Assembly (NCBI GenBank): GCA_038888155.1
Contig: JAWAJB010000001.1
Coordinates: 64,001-128,000 of the forward strand
DNA: 64,000 nt
From: Desulfurococcaceae archaeon
Lineage (GTDB): Archaea > Thermoproteota > Thermoprotei_A > Sulfolobales > Desulfurococcaceae
Direction: 5' to 3'
The notes under the pieces were generated by a model. The model was not told where the DNA came from and did not search any database. It saw only the letters and a program-made list of their open reading frames with translations. A program made the translations under genes and the position numbers. The first letter of the stretch is position 1. The number at the start of each line of letters is the position of its first letter. This document shows, in pieces, positions 1 through 9,794 of this stretch.

Positions 1-1
1 A

Positions 2-1804
2 ATCGAAAAATTCGTTGGGGGGTACGGCCTAGCAGCTAGGCTGTTCTATAACTACCTTAAAAAGCACAGAGTTATACAAGCTTTTTCTGAAAATAACCCG
101 CTAATTGTTATGACTGGTCCTTTAACTGGCACAAGTGCTTTTGGAGCAAAGACCTGCATTGCATCTAGATCTCCCCTTACGGGTACGTTCGCGTGGGCTG
201 TTAGTAGCGGCGCCTATGGCTTACAATTAAAGCGTGCAGGCTATGACGGTATAGCTATAGAAGGTGTATCCGAAAAGCCGATCTATATAGTTATAGACGA
301 TGGGCATGTTGAGTTAAAACCCGCAACAGACCTTTGGGGACTAGACGTCTTTGAAACACACACATATATAAAGAGGACAATTGGTAGCGACTTCGACTCT
401 ATAGCCATAGGACCGGCTGGAGAGAAGCTCGTAAAAATTGCAGCAGTAGTTACAAATGAGAGGAGAGTTGCCGGTCGAACCGGACTTGGAGCTATTATGG
501 GGTTTAAGAGGGTTAAGGCCATTGCTGTAAGAGGTAATCACAAAGTTGAAGTTCATGACGAAAGTGAATTGAAGAAACTCAACAAAGAGTGGTTAACCAA
601 GGCCATTCAAACCCCTCGCGGTAAATCACTTAACGAATACGGTACAGGCGCGATGGTGTCGGTCTACGCAGTAACTGGTGGGCTTCCAATAAAGAACTGG
701 ACTAAAGGTATATGGGAACACACAAGCAAGCTTACAGGGCAGTACATAATGGAGAATTACAAGAAGGGTACAGGTAAAAAAGTGTGTAGTGAAGGCACAT
801 TATGTAGTATAGCGTGCGAGAGAGTGGTTAAATACACTGATCCTAGGTTCGGAGATTATGAAGGGAAGGGACCAGAATATGAGAGCATTTGCGCACTAGG
901 CTTTATGCCAATGATCGGGGACCCCGTTGCTGTAGTGAAGCTTAATGAGCTTTGCGATAGGCTTGGAGTAGATAGTATCTCCGCGGGCGCTATTATTGCA
1001 TGGGCAATGGAGGCCTATGAAAAAGGTATAATTACGTCTAATATGACAGGCGGACTAGAGCTAAAGTGGGGTAACTTAGAGGCAGTTCTGAAACTCATTG
1101 ATATGATTGTCAAACGAGATGGTATAGGAAACACTTTAGCCGAAGGGGTTAAAGTGGCTAGCTCGAATATAGGGGGGAGAAGTGAGGATTTTGCCCTTCA
1201 CGTAAAGGGACTCGAAGTACCTTACCATGATCCCAGGAGGTGGAAGAGCGCAGGATTAATATACGCTACATCAAACAGAGGTGCTTGTCATCTTCAGGGC
1301 ATGGCATTCCATGTTGACAGAGGAGCTGTTAAGTTCCCAGAGTACGGAATTTATGGACCTCCTAAGAACCCGTTAGAAAGAGCTAAGTGTGTTATAATAG
1401 CGCAGAATATCTGTGCCTTCGTAGATAGCGCAGGATTGTGCAAGTTCGGAACAATTGGAGTGGTAGATTTCGATTTTGTGTCCAAAGTTTGGAGCGCTGT
1501 AACGGGGCTTAAGGCAAACAAGGACACTATCTTAAGGGCAGGCGAGAGAGTTTGGTTGACATCGAGATTTCTCAATTATCAATTGGGTTTCAAAAATACC
1601 GACGATACGCTACCAAAGAGGTTCACCGAGGAACCATTGCTAGAGGGTCCCTCGGCAGGTTTAATGTGCGACGACCTAGAAGAATCTCTTGAAGCTTACT
1701 ATAAATACAGGGGGATCAGCAAGGTTGAAGACATAAAGAGTAAGCTCATAGAATTGGAGCTCTCCGAGTTGGTAGAAGGCATAGAAAAGATCGATGCTCG
1801 GTAG
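2..1804 (+). CDS. Tungsten-type aldehyde:ferredoxin oxidoreductase (AOR family), 5'-truncated by the window edge
   Basis: The frame is open from base 2 (IEKFVGGYGLAARL...NPLIVMTGPLTG), upstream of the track start at 110. Motifs SRSPLTG, IGPAGE, GRTGLGAIMG, GPEYE, DRLGVDSIS, HVKGLE, RGACH, DSAGLC. Confidence 0.92.
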   Translation: MEKFVGGYGLAARLFYNYLKKHRVIQAFSENNPLIVMTGPLTGTSAFGAKTCIASRSPLTGTFAWAVSSGAYGLQLKRAGYDGIAIEGVSEKPIYIVIDDGHVELKPATDLWGLDVFETHTYIKRTIGSDFDSIAIGPAGEKLVKIAAVVTNERRVAGRTGLGAIMGFKRVKAIAVRGNHKVEVHDESELKKLNKEWLTKAIQTPRGKSLNEYGTGAMVSVYAVTGGLPIKNWTKGIWEHTSKLTGQYIMENYKKGTGKKVCSEGTLCSIACERVVKYTDPRFGDYEGKGPEYESICALGFMPMIGDPVAVVKLNELCDRLGVDSISAGAIIAWAMEAYEKGIITSNMTGGLELKWGNLEAVLKLIDMIVKRDGIGNTLAEGVKVASSNIGGRSEDFALHVKGLEVPYHDPRRWKSAGLIYATSNRGACHLQGMAFHVDRGAVKFPEYGIYGPPKNPLERAKCVIIAQNICAFVDSAGLCKFGTIGVVDFDFVSKVWSAVTGLKANKDTILRAGERVWLTSRFLNYQLGFKNTDDTLPKRFTEEPLLEGPSAGLMCDDLEESLEAYYKYRGISKVEDIKSKLIELELSELVEGIEKIDAR

Positions 1805-1810
1805 ATTTAC

Positions 1811-2095
1811 TTGAAAATAGAATTAAAAATTCATTTGCCTAGAGCACTTGAGCTTGAGGAGGGCGAATTTACAATTGAGCTAGACACTTGTGAACGCGAT
1901 TTAGCTTATATAATTAAGCTAGCCTTGGGGAAAGAGGCTAACAAGGTAATTAACTGCATCGAAAGGAACGAGTGTGTTATTTCGGTAAGCGGTAAAGTAA
2001 TAAGCGATCTAGGTACAGTAGTTAATTCCATAGCTAACATAACTTCTGACGGCTCCTTGCTTATCGAGATCGCTCCACTGGCCCTTGGCGGCTAA
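1811..2095 (+). CDS. MoaD/ThiS/SAMP ubiquitin-like sulfur carrier
   Basis: 94 aa ending in C-terminal GG (PLALGG), 6 bp after the AOR gene, a common AOR-MoaD arrangement. Confidence 0.8.
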   Translation: MKIELKIHLPRALELEEGEFTIELDTCERDLAYIIKLALGKEANKVINCIERNECVISVSGKVISDLGTVVNSIANITSDGSLLIEIAPLALGG

Positions 2096-2472
2096 ATAAT
2101 TTTCTTCCCCAACCTCGTTCTCTTTTTCTTATCTGTACTGTGGTTATTTACAATGCGACTTATACCTTTCGATCTAGGCTGTAAGGCACAGAATTGATAA
2201 ATCCAAACCTACAAGTATATCAAGAGTGTATATGCAAGGTGAAAAATTTCTTTGTTCATTACAAAAAGCAAGTTGCTATGTCAAGATTGGACCTGATTAG
2301 CAGTCTCTAAGGGCAGGATGAGGTGTATATTCAACCAGCTAGAGTGTTGTATAATTTCTAAAGTTAATTTTATTTAGTGAAGTAACGGTTAAATTGGAAA
2401 CAGACAATAATGATGAACTAGATCTTCAAAGCGCAAGAAATGAGAAATAATAAAATAGGTTTAGATATGGGG

Positions 2473-3570
2473 CTATTTTATAACGAGTCCCCTAACTTCT
2501 CGAAGCCATTGAGGTGAGGCTTCCTCTGCAAAGTACTTTACTAAAAGGGCGGAGTTATTAATGTCTCCTAAATCAACTACTTCTATTGGACTGTGAATGT
2601 ACCTTGTAGGTATTGATACAGTCCCCGCTGGAACTCCCTCCTTGTTAAGCGCTATTACGCTAGCGTCAGTAGTTCCACCTGGTATTATTTCTACTTGGTA
2701 GGGTACTTTGTATTTCTCTGCCAATTCGACTAAAAAGCTAAAGATCTTCGGATGTGTTATCAAACCCGATGCACTTCTACCATCGGCCACCTTGATAGCT
2801 GGGCCTTTGCCTAACCTAGTAAACCACTCGCTTTTAGGAACTCCCGGAACGTCGCTAGCTATAGTTACATCAATAGCTAGTGCAACATCTGGGGATATAG
2901 AGTAAGCAGAAGTCTTTGCACCCTTTAAGCCAACTTCTTCCTGGACTGTTGCAACAAAGTATATATCTACCTTGGGGCTCTCAAGCAATTGAGCGCTCTT
3001 TATAAGGGCCACCAACCCTACACGGTCATCGAAAGCTTTGCCTGTAACTCTACCGCTAGCTAGTTCGACTACATCTCTATCGAAAACCAAAACATCGCCA
3101 ACGCTTACTCCAAGCTTCTCTGCTTCCTCTCTGGACGAGGCTCCGATATCCACGAACAGTTCTCTTAGCTCAGGTACTTTTTGAAGTTCTTCTGGCTTGA
3201 TAACGTGGGGTGGTTTTAATCCAATAACTCCACGCAATAACCTACCTCCTTTTGTCGCCAGCAACACTCTCTGGTAAATAAGGGATCTCTCTATGAGGCC
3301 ACCTATTGGCACTACTCGAAGGTAGCCTTCATCCTCTATATGAGAGACAAAAAGACCTATTTCATCCATATGAGCTGCTATCATTAACTTACCTTCACCT
3401 GCAGAACCTCTTTTTAATCCAATGACATTTCCCCAAGAATCGATCCACAGCCTATCCACGAGTGGCTTTAAGTAATCGGCGACAACGCTACCTATAGTTC
3501 CCTCCCTGCCACTAGGGCCTGTAATCTCTGCGAGGTGCTTCAACAAGTTGAAGGTATTTTTCTCAGCCAT
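2473..3570 (-). CDS. M42 family (TET-like) aminopeptidase
   Basis: GPSGRE, AAHMDEIG, GKAFDDRVG, TVQEEVGLKGA, GGTTD and RYIHSP metal-site motifs. ATG at 3570 preferred over TTG at 3582. Confidence 0.93.
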   Translation of the reverse strand: MAEKNTFNLLKHLAEITGPSGREGTIGSVVADYLKPLVDRLWIDSWGNVIGLKRGSAGEGKLMIAAHMDEIGLFVSHIEDEGYLRVVPIGGLIERSLIYQRVLLATKGGRLLRGVIGLKPPHVIKPEELQKVPELRELFVDIGASSREEAEKLGVSVGDVLVFDRDVVELASGRVTGKAFDDRVGLVALIKSAQLLESPKVDIYFVATVQEEVGLKGAKTSAYSISPDVALAIDVTIASDVPGVPKSEWFTRLGKGPAIKVADGRSASGLITHPKIFSFLVELAEKYKVPYQVEIIPGGTTDASVIALNKEGVPAGTVSIPTRYIHSPIEVVDLGDINNSALLVKYFAEEASPQWLREVRGLVIK

Positions 3571-3697
3571 TAAATTCCCCAAAATATAACATGTCCTTGA
3601 GAATAAAAATAATTTACTATCTGATCAAAAGGCGCAATTAAAGATAGACTTGCTTTCTCGTGTCTATATAAGATGTTCAAACTGCTGCCAAATCTAC

Positions 3698-4639
3698 CTA
3701 TACCCGCTCGACAACTATCTCAACCTGAACGCTATATTGAGATCTCCCCCTTATAACATCCAGCTTTACGTACCTCCTCTCTATGCTTTCTTCGATCGCT
3801 TCTCGGAGTTCACTTGTTCTTCTAACTGGCTTCTCGTTTGCAGCTACTATTATATCACCCTCTGCAATGCCGCTTCTGCTAGCCGGTAGGCCAGGTATCA
3901 CTTTAACTATTAATAGGCCCTCTCTTACTGGCAACTTGTAGAGAGCCGCCATAGTCGGGTTTATTGGTGCAACGTAGACACCTATCCACGCTCTTAGTGG
4001 TCTACCATATTTGTTAACCATTTCGATGAACCTCTTAACGCCATTAATCGGTATAGCAAAACCTATGCCCTGCGCAAATGGAACTATTGCGGTTGTTACC
4101 CCTATTGCCTCGCCGCGTAGATTTACTAGAGGACCACCGCTGTTGCCAGGGTTTATTGCAGCATCTGTTTGAATAACATCTTCCAAGATAATGCTTTGCG
4201 ATGTAAGGGTTCTACCAACAGCGCTTATAACCCCCATTGTAACAGAGTTCTCGAGTAAACCTAGAGGCGAACCGACAGCTAGAACTAATTCTCCAACGTC
4301 TATTTTGTTTGAATCACCTAGCTTTATTGGAAGGCCGTGTTCCCTTGTTTCTAAAAGCGCTAAGTCTCTCAGCGGATCGGCTGCAAGCACTTCAGCTTCG
4401 CTTATATATCCATCACTAAATATTATCGAAACCCTTGTAGCTCCTCTAACAACGTGCGCGTTAGTTACAACATAGCCAGCTGCAATTATAAAGCCCGAAC
4501 CATAACCCTTTACTGGCTCATATCCAAAGAATGCCATAGGGTGGGGTATTTCAGTTGATATTGTCACAACAGAGGGTTTTACTTCTTTAACAATGGTCGC
4601 CATCTCCTTACTTAATTCAACTGCAGACAATGATGTCAC
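3698..4639 (-). CDS. HtrA/DegP-like serine protease with PDZ domain, no signal peptide
   Basis: GSGFII, TNAHVV, DLALL, QTDAAINPGNSGGPL triad motifs; C-terminal PDZ (WIGV...GDII). Confidence 0.93.
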   Translation of the reverse strand: MTSLSAVELSKEMATIVKEVKPSVVTISTEIPHPMAFFGYEPVKGYGSGFIIAAGYVVTNAHVVRGATRVSIIFSDGYISEAEVLAADPLRDLALLETREHGLPIKLGDSNKIDVGELVLAVGSPLGLLENSVTMGVISAVGRTLTSQSIILEDVIQTDAAINPGNSGGPLVNLRGEAIGVTTAIVPFAQGIGFAIPINGVKRFIEMVNKYGRPLRAWIGVYVAPINPTMAALYKLPVREGLLIVKVIPGLPASRSGIAEGDIIVAANEKPVRRTSELREAIEESIERRYVKLDVIRGRSQYSVQVEIVVERV

Positions 4640-4685
4640 CTCTCTAGGATAATGAGTAGGGTTACTTTAATTCTTTGTGTTAGCG

Positions 4686-5357
4686 CTAGCCTTTAATTGC
4701 AGCTAAGATAGCGTTTACATCTATTATAGTCTTGTACACGCCAAGCTTGACGCCTTTATTACAAACTAATGCATGAAAATCGCGCTTAGGTATGTTTATG
4801 CTATATAGAACATATGCGTTTCTGGTATCCGCTCTAAGGTAAGATCCATCGTATCCCATTTTGTTGAGTATTTCCTTGATAAGGCCCTCCTTTACTCTTA
4901 GTCCAAAGTATTTACCCCGCCCAGTTGCTTGTTCTGACCTAACTGATCTAAATAAAGGCAAGGCTCTTGGGGGATTTGCTAAGTCTTTTTCAGCGCTTGC
5001 AATTTCAACTTGAAGTTTGCCTAAGATATCCTTAATATATTCCTCAATGGTATCTCTACTGCAGGGAGAGATCGAGGGAAGCATTGCGTAGTTCATTTGA
5101 TTAGTAAACCATAAGCCTCCAAGGGGGAGAGGGCTCTTGAAAGACAGGAGCAGTCTTGCATCAGGATAATTACTGTACTCCTTCTTTATGTTAAGATAAA
5201 ATGAGCAATCAAAAATATAAGAGTTGTTGGAATTAAATGGACTTACGAGCACCACAGAGCTCCATGTGCATATGCTGTTTTCTCCTCTGCAGTGCTTTGA
5301 AAGCAGCTTATCATCGACACCAATATAGCTCAAATCGCTATCCCTTATAATAAACAA
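4686..5357 (-). CDS. Hypothetical protein
   Basis: 223-aa ORF exactly filling the gap between lpdA and the HtrA gene on the same strand; no recognised motif. Confidence 0.65.
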   Translation of the reverse strand: MFIIRDSDLSYIGVDDKLLSKHCRGENSICTWSSVVLVSPFNSNNSYIFDCSFYLNIKKEYSNYPDARLLLSFKSPLPLGGLWFTNQMNYAMLPSISPCSRDTIEEYIKDILGKLQVEIASAEKDLANPPRALPLFRSVRSEQATGRGKYFGLRVKEGLIKEILNKMGYDGSYLRADTRNAYVLYSINIPKRDFHALVCNKGVKLGVYKTIIDVNAILAAIKG

Positions 5358-5378
5358 GTATTAGGTCTAAAAATACAC

Positions 5379-6746
5379 CTACTTTTTCAATAGGTGTATG
5401 GGAGTACCTATAATATATTCTGCTAAATCTCTGAGCGACTCGGATAGGGTCAAGTGAGGGTACGGTGTCCTGGCTACCTCTTCTAATTTCATTCGTCCGA
5501 TATATACTGGAATATATGCCGATACGATTTCAGATGCATTTGGAGAGACCAAGTGCAGTCCAAGAATTTTTTCCCTTCTGTCATCAAGCAGTATCTTTAT
5601 GAAAGAGTTCTTGTGGCCTTTAATTTTAATTTTTGCCATGTAGTATAAGGGCAATTTCACTTTGGTGTACTTAACACCTTTGGCTAGTAAATCTTTCTCG
5701 GTGTAGCCGATTGATGCTATTTCTAGGCCGGAAAATATTGTAGTCGGAACTAGCTGATAGTTAACAGTAAACGACTCTTCCTGGTTTATTCTTTTAGCTA
5801 CAGCAATGCTCTCGAGCAGGGCTTTATGCGCCAATAGTGGTCCACCAATTACGTCTCCACAGGCATATACACCGGGCATGCTGGTTTCTAGTCTATCGTT
5901 CACCTTTATAAAGCCCTTCTCATCCAACTGCAATAAAGTTTCTAGCCCCATCTCCCCAGTTTTCGGCTTTCTGCCTACAGCTACAATAACCTTATCAATC
6001 TCTAGTCTTTGACCATTTGATAGATCTGCTGTATATTTTCCATGAGTGTGGCCAAGCTTTTGAACGGCTGTCTTCTCAATTACTTTTACGCCTCTCTGCA
6101 TTAAATACGTCCTTAGCGCGACGGCTATATCCCTATCAGTAAATGGAAGTATGTGCTCGAGTAATTCCACGATTGTTACTTCAACGCCAAGAGCAGAGTA
6201 CATGTTTGCTAACTCAACGCCTATTATCCCGCCGCCGATAATTAAGACTTTTTCTGGCTTCTCGAGTAAGTAGAATGCCTCTCTATTACTCACTATTCCT
6301 TTTCCATCAAATCGAGCTGAAGGTATCTCAGCGGGGTCGGTGCCAAGAGCTAGAATTAGTTTATCAGCTTCAAGCTCTTCGCTTTTATTAATGTTCGATA
6401 CTAGAAGTCTCCCTGGACCCTTGAGAAAGGCTTGCCCTCTAACTAGGGTTACGTCCCTAGACTCAAGAAGGGTTTCTAATCCGCCTCTTGTTTCCTGTAC
6501 GGTGTTTTTAATCCACTCCATGAGATCCTGCCAGTCGTAATCTACTCTACTGCCGAGTTTTTCAACATTTTTCAATGACTCGGCAAAATCGTAAAGAGCT
6601 TTGCTTGGAACGCACCCATAGTTAGTGCACTCGCCTCCGACAAGATGTTTCTCGACAATAGCTACTCGTAACCCCTTATCGGCTAGGTACAAGGCCGCGG
6701 GGTAGCCTCCTATTCCCGAGCCAACAATGGCTACGTCATATATCAC
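5379..6746 (-). CDS. lpdA: Dihydrolipoamide dehydrogenase (glycine cleavage L protein)
   Basis: GSGIGG FAD motif, GGECTNYGCVPSK redox disulfide, GGGIIG NAD motif, C-terminal PHLTLSE; overlaps the gcvPB stop by 4 bp. Confidence 0.9.
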   Translation of the reverse strand: MIYDVAIVGSGIGGYPAALYLADKGLRVAIVEKHLVGGECTNYGCVPSKALYDFAESLKNVEKLGSRVDYDWQDLMEWIKNTVQETRGGLETLLESRDVTLVRGQAFLKGPGRLLVSNINKSEELEADKLILALGTDPAEIPSARFDGKGIVSNREAFYLLEKPEKVLIIGGGIIGVELANMYSALGVEVTIVELLEHILPFTDRDIAVALRTYLMQRGVKVIEKTAVQKLGHTHGKYTADLSNGQRLEIDKVIVAVGRKPKTGEMGLETLLQLDEKGFIKVNDRLETSMPGVYACGDVIGGPLLAHKALLESIAVAKRINQEESFTVNYQLVPTTIFSGLEIASIGYTEKDLLAKGVKYTKVKLPLYYMAKIKIKGHKNSFIKILLDDRREKILGLHLVSPNASEIVSAYIPVYIGRMKLEEVARTPYPHLTLSESLRDLAEYIIGTPIHLLKK

Positions 6747-8302
6747 CCTAATTCCACCCTTTGCCTATTCATGTAGACCCTCCATGTAGGGGTAATGTGC
6801 CTTGGGTGGTTAGCCTTCGCAATATCAATTCTTCTAACGCTTGTATTTATTGGGTGCTTCTTGACTTCCTCTGGCTTCTCATAAGCCAGTTTGCTAATTT
6901 CCATGAGTTTTTCAAAGTACTTCTCTACTATCTCAGGTAGCTCGGTTTCAGTGAATTCTACTTGAATTGCCTCCTTTACTATTAGAGGAAAGTAAATAGT
7001 AGGAGCATAGAAACCAGAGTCTAGTAAAGCCTTGGCTACATCTTCTGCGTTTACGCCAGCTTCGTCTGCCATTGGTTTAGCACTAATTACTACCTCATGT
7101 TTCCTAAGCCTGCCATTACCATATGGAAGCGCGAAACCTCTAATTCTCTCCACCATCTTGGCAAAATAATTAGTTAAGAGAACAGCGTGCTCGGTAGCCT
7201 TTCTTAAGCCCTGGGGACCCATCATTATTATATAGACATAGGCCCATACCAAGGGTAGCGTATTTGCGAAGAAGGATTTAAGTAAACCTGCGCTGTGGGG
7301 ACCTGGGTACTCGAGCTTATAACTTCCGCTTTCTTCGTCGCGGATCACTATATAGCCTGGAATGAGGTCTTTTAACCATATCCCCCTATTTACATCGACG
7401 AGCTTATTCTTTATGCAAACCGGACCTGCACCTGGTCCCCCACCTCCATGAGGTGAGCTAAATGTCTTGTGAATGTTTATGTGTGCTATATCAAAACCCA
7501 TATCGCCTGGTCTAGCATATCCCATTATTCCGTTTAAGTTCGCTCCATCGTAGTAAAGAAGGGCATCATATTTGTGTATAAGGGCAGCTATTTCCGTTAT
7601 ATTTTCTTCAAATAGTCCTAGCGTACTTGGATTGGTGATCATTAACCCAGCCGTCGACTCACCTACTGTTGACCTTAAGGCATCCATGTCGACATTGCCA
7701 TCACTAGCTGAGGGAACCTCTATTACACGGAAACCAGCCATGGCTGCGCTAGCTGGATTGGTACCATGAGCACTGTCTGGAATGATTATTTCTGTTTTTC
7801 TCTCTAGTTGACCTTTAATTTCATGATATTTCCTTATAGTTAACACTCCAGCTAGCTCACCGTGGGCCCCGGCAGCAGGGTGCAATGTGCATATATCCAT
7901 GCCAACTATACTAGCGAGCCACTTCTGAAGCTCGAACATGATTTCTAGGAGGCCCTGAACCGTTCTCTCATCTTGTAACGGATGAATGAGAGATAATTCT
8001 GTGTTAAAAGCTATGTCCCAGGCCGCTCGAGGGTTGTATTTCATGGTACACGAACCCAATGGAACGGGGCCGTTATCAACTCCATAAGCCATTTGAGTTA
8101 AATTGGTGAAGTGCCTTACAACCTCTACTTCACTTAGCTCAGGTAAGCCGGGCTGATTTTCCCTTCTAATTGCATGCGGAATTTTAACTGTCGAAACAGA
8201 TTTCTTTACCTCCTCTTCGACCTCGGGCAGATTTAAACCAGTCCTGCCAGTATGTCCCATCTCAAATATCAGAGGTTCTCTCCATCGGGCTTGTCTATAC
8301 AT
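6743..8302 (-). CDS. gcvPB: Glycine dehydrogenase (decarboxylating) subunit 2
   Basis: PLGSCTMKYNP, SAHGTNPASA, YYDGANLN, NIHKTFSSPHGGGGPG (PLP Lys), PTIYFP. Confidence 0.96.
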   Translation of the reverse strand: MYRQARWREPLIFEMGHTGRTGLNLPEVEEEVKKSVSTVKIPHAIRRENQPGLPELSEVEVVRHFTNLTQMAYGVDNGPVPLGSCTMKYNPRAAWDIAFNTELSLIHPLQDERTVQGLLEIMFELQKWLASIVGMDICTLHPAAGAHGELAGVLTIRKYHEIKGQLERKTEIIIPDSAHGTNPASAAMAGFRVIEVPSASDGNVDMDALRSTVGESTAGLMITNPSTLGLFEENITEIAALIHKYDALLYYDGANLNGIMGYARPGDMGFDIAHINIHKTFSSPHGGGGPGAGPVCIKNKLVDVNRGIWLKDLIPGYIVIRDEESGSYKLEYPGPHSAGLLKSFFANTLPLVWAYVYIIMMGPQGLRKATEHAVLLTNYFAKMVERIRGFALPYGNGRLRKHEVVISAKPMADEAGVNAEDVAKALLDSGFYAPTIYFPLIVKEAIQVEFTETELPEIVEKYFEKLMEISKLAYEKPEEVKKHPINTSVRRIDIAKANHPRHITPTWRVYMNRQRVELG

Positions 8303-8308
8303 AACCCT

Positions 8309-9712
8309 TCACCCGCCGATCAAAATTTGTGAGAGAGTTTTCAAGAGAAAATCGATGTCATCCTTTAAGTGCATCTCTGTAAACGCGTAGAGAGCGGTTT
8401 CACCAAGATCTGGGTAGAGATTACCTATATAGAGTCCGCCGTGCAGGCCCCTATCGAGTAGCTTGTTGTGAATTTCTCTGTAGGCTCCAAAATTGTTGAA
8501 GGATACAGGAAATTCGTTGAAGAAATCTCCATCGAATAAATCCACATCTAGACCTAAGTCCTTCATTTTATTCCAAGCGTAATGAGCCCTATAGTAGTTT
8601 ACCTCGGCTAATTTCTTAATGCCGTTCTTTCCTAGCAATGAAAGGTATACTGCTGAAGCAATTGCCATTAAAGCCTCATTTGTACATATGTTTGAAGTTG
8701 CCCGCTCCCTTCTAATGTGTTGCTCTCTAGTCTGCATAATCATCGCGAATGATCTCTCCCCCTCTATAGTCTCGGCAATTCCTATGATTCTACCAGGTAT
8801 TTGCCTCAAGAGGTTGGTATCGAAGCGCGTAGCGAATATCCCTAGGTGAGGGCCGCCAAAGTTCATGCCAAGCCCAAGCGATTGCCCATCACCTACTGCG
8901 ATGTCGGCGCCTATCTCACCCGGGGGTTTAAGTAATCCAAGAGAAATTGGGTATATACCGGCAATAAATACTGCCTTTTGATCATGAGATATTTCGCCAA
9001 CTGCTTTAACCTCTGACTCTATTACGCCGAAGAAATTGGGATATTGTAAGTACACAGCAGCAGTCTCTCCATCTATGGCTTCTTTGAGTTTCTCTATATC
9101 TACTGTTCCGCTTCTTGTTTCGTAGGGTATATTGACAATTTTCACACCGTGCGGCTCTATATATGTACTCAGCACTTTTCTATGAAACGGGTTCATGCTA
9201 GCTGGGATCAATACCTTTCGCTTGCCTTTATTCACTCTGAGGGCCATTAAGACTGCTTCAGCAACTGCCGACCCATGATCGTACATTGATGCATTGACAA
9301 CGTCCATACCGAGCAACTCAGCAATCAAACTCTGATACTCAAATAGAGCCTGCATTAAACCCTGAGAGATCTCAGCTTGGTATGGAGTGTATGAAGTTAA
9401 AAACTCACCCCTCGAAATAATGTACTTTACAATGGGCGGTACATAATGAGGGTAAACACCCCCTCCCATAAACGGGGGGATTTTTAGCTTCATATTCTTA
9501 GACATTTTCGTATCCACTAAGCGCCTTGCCTCTATTTCCGAGGCAGGTCTGCCGAGCCCTATTTCAAGGCTTTCCCACTTTTCCTTGGAAATCCTCAAGT
9601 CTGGTGGAATATCGTTAAAGAGTTCCTCGATGTTTTTAACGCCAATAGATCTAAGCATTTTTTCAATCTGTTGAGGAGTGGAGCTAGGTATCCATGGGTG
9701 GTTCTCGCTCAA
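8309..9712 (-). CDS. gcvPA: Glycine dehydrogenase (decarboxylating) subunit 1
   Basis: EFLTSYTPYQAEISQG, NASMYD, QTREQHIRRERATSNICTN. Start reassigned to TTG 9712 (GGTG SD upstream), which removes the overlap with gcvT. Confidence 0.95.
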   Translation of the reverse strand: MSENHPWIPSSTPQQIEKMLRSIGVKNIEELFNDIPPDLRISKEKWESLEIGLGRPASEIEARRLVDTKMSKNMKLKIPPFMGGGVYPHYVPPIVKYIISRGEFLTSYTPYQAEISQGLMQALFEYQSLIAELLGMDVVNASMYDHGSAVAEAVLMALRVNKGKRKVLIPASMNPFHRKVLSTYIEPHGVKIVNIPYETRSGTVDIEKLKEAIDGETAAVYLQYPNFFGVIESEVKAVGEISHDQKAVFIAGIYPISLGLLKPPGEIGADIAVGDGQSLGLGMNFGGPHLGIFATRFDTNLLRQIPGRIIGIAETIEGERSFAMIMQTREQHIRRERATSNICTNEALMAIASAVYLSLLGKNGIKKLAEVNYYRAHYAWNKMKDLGLDVDLFDGDFFNEFPVSFNNFGAYREIHNKLLDRGLHGGLYIGNLYPDLGETALYAFTEMHLKDDIDFLLKTLSQILIGG

Positions 9713-9794
9713 TTTACACACCGGTTTTTTATCTATATTCCTTACAACATTTAAGGTTATTTGGTCTGTCTGCCTACTACCAACTGGTGGGAAA

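Noticed and set aside
2096-2472. Spacer containing ATGATGA and CTGA words (possible C/D sRNA)
   Set aside because: The boxes are not in the right order or spacing, and the region is AT-rich with no terminal stem.
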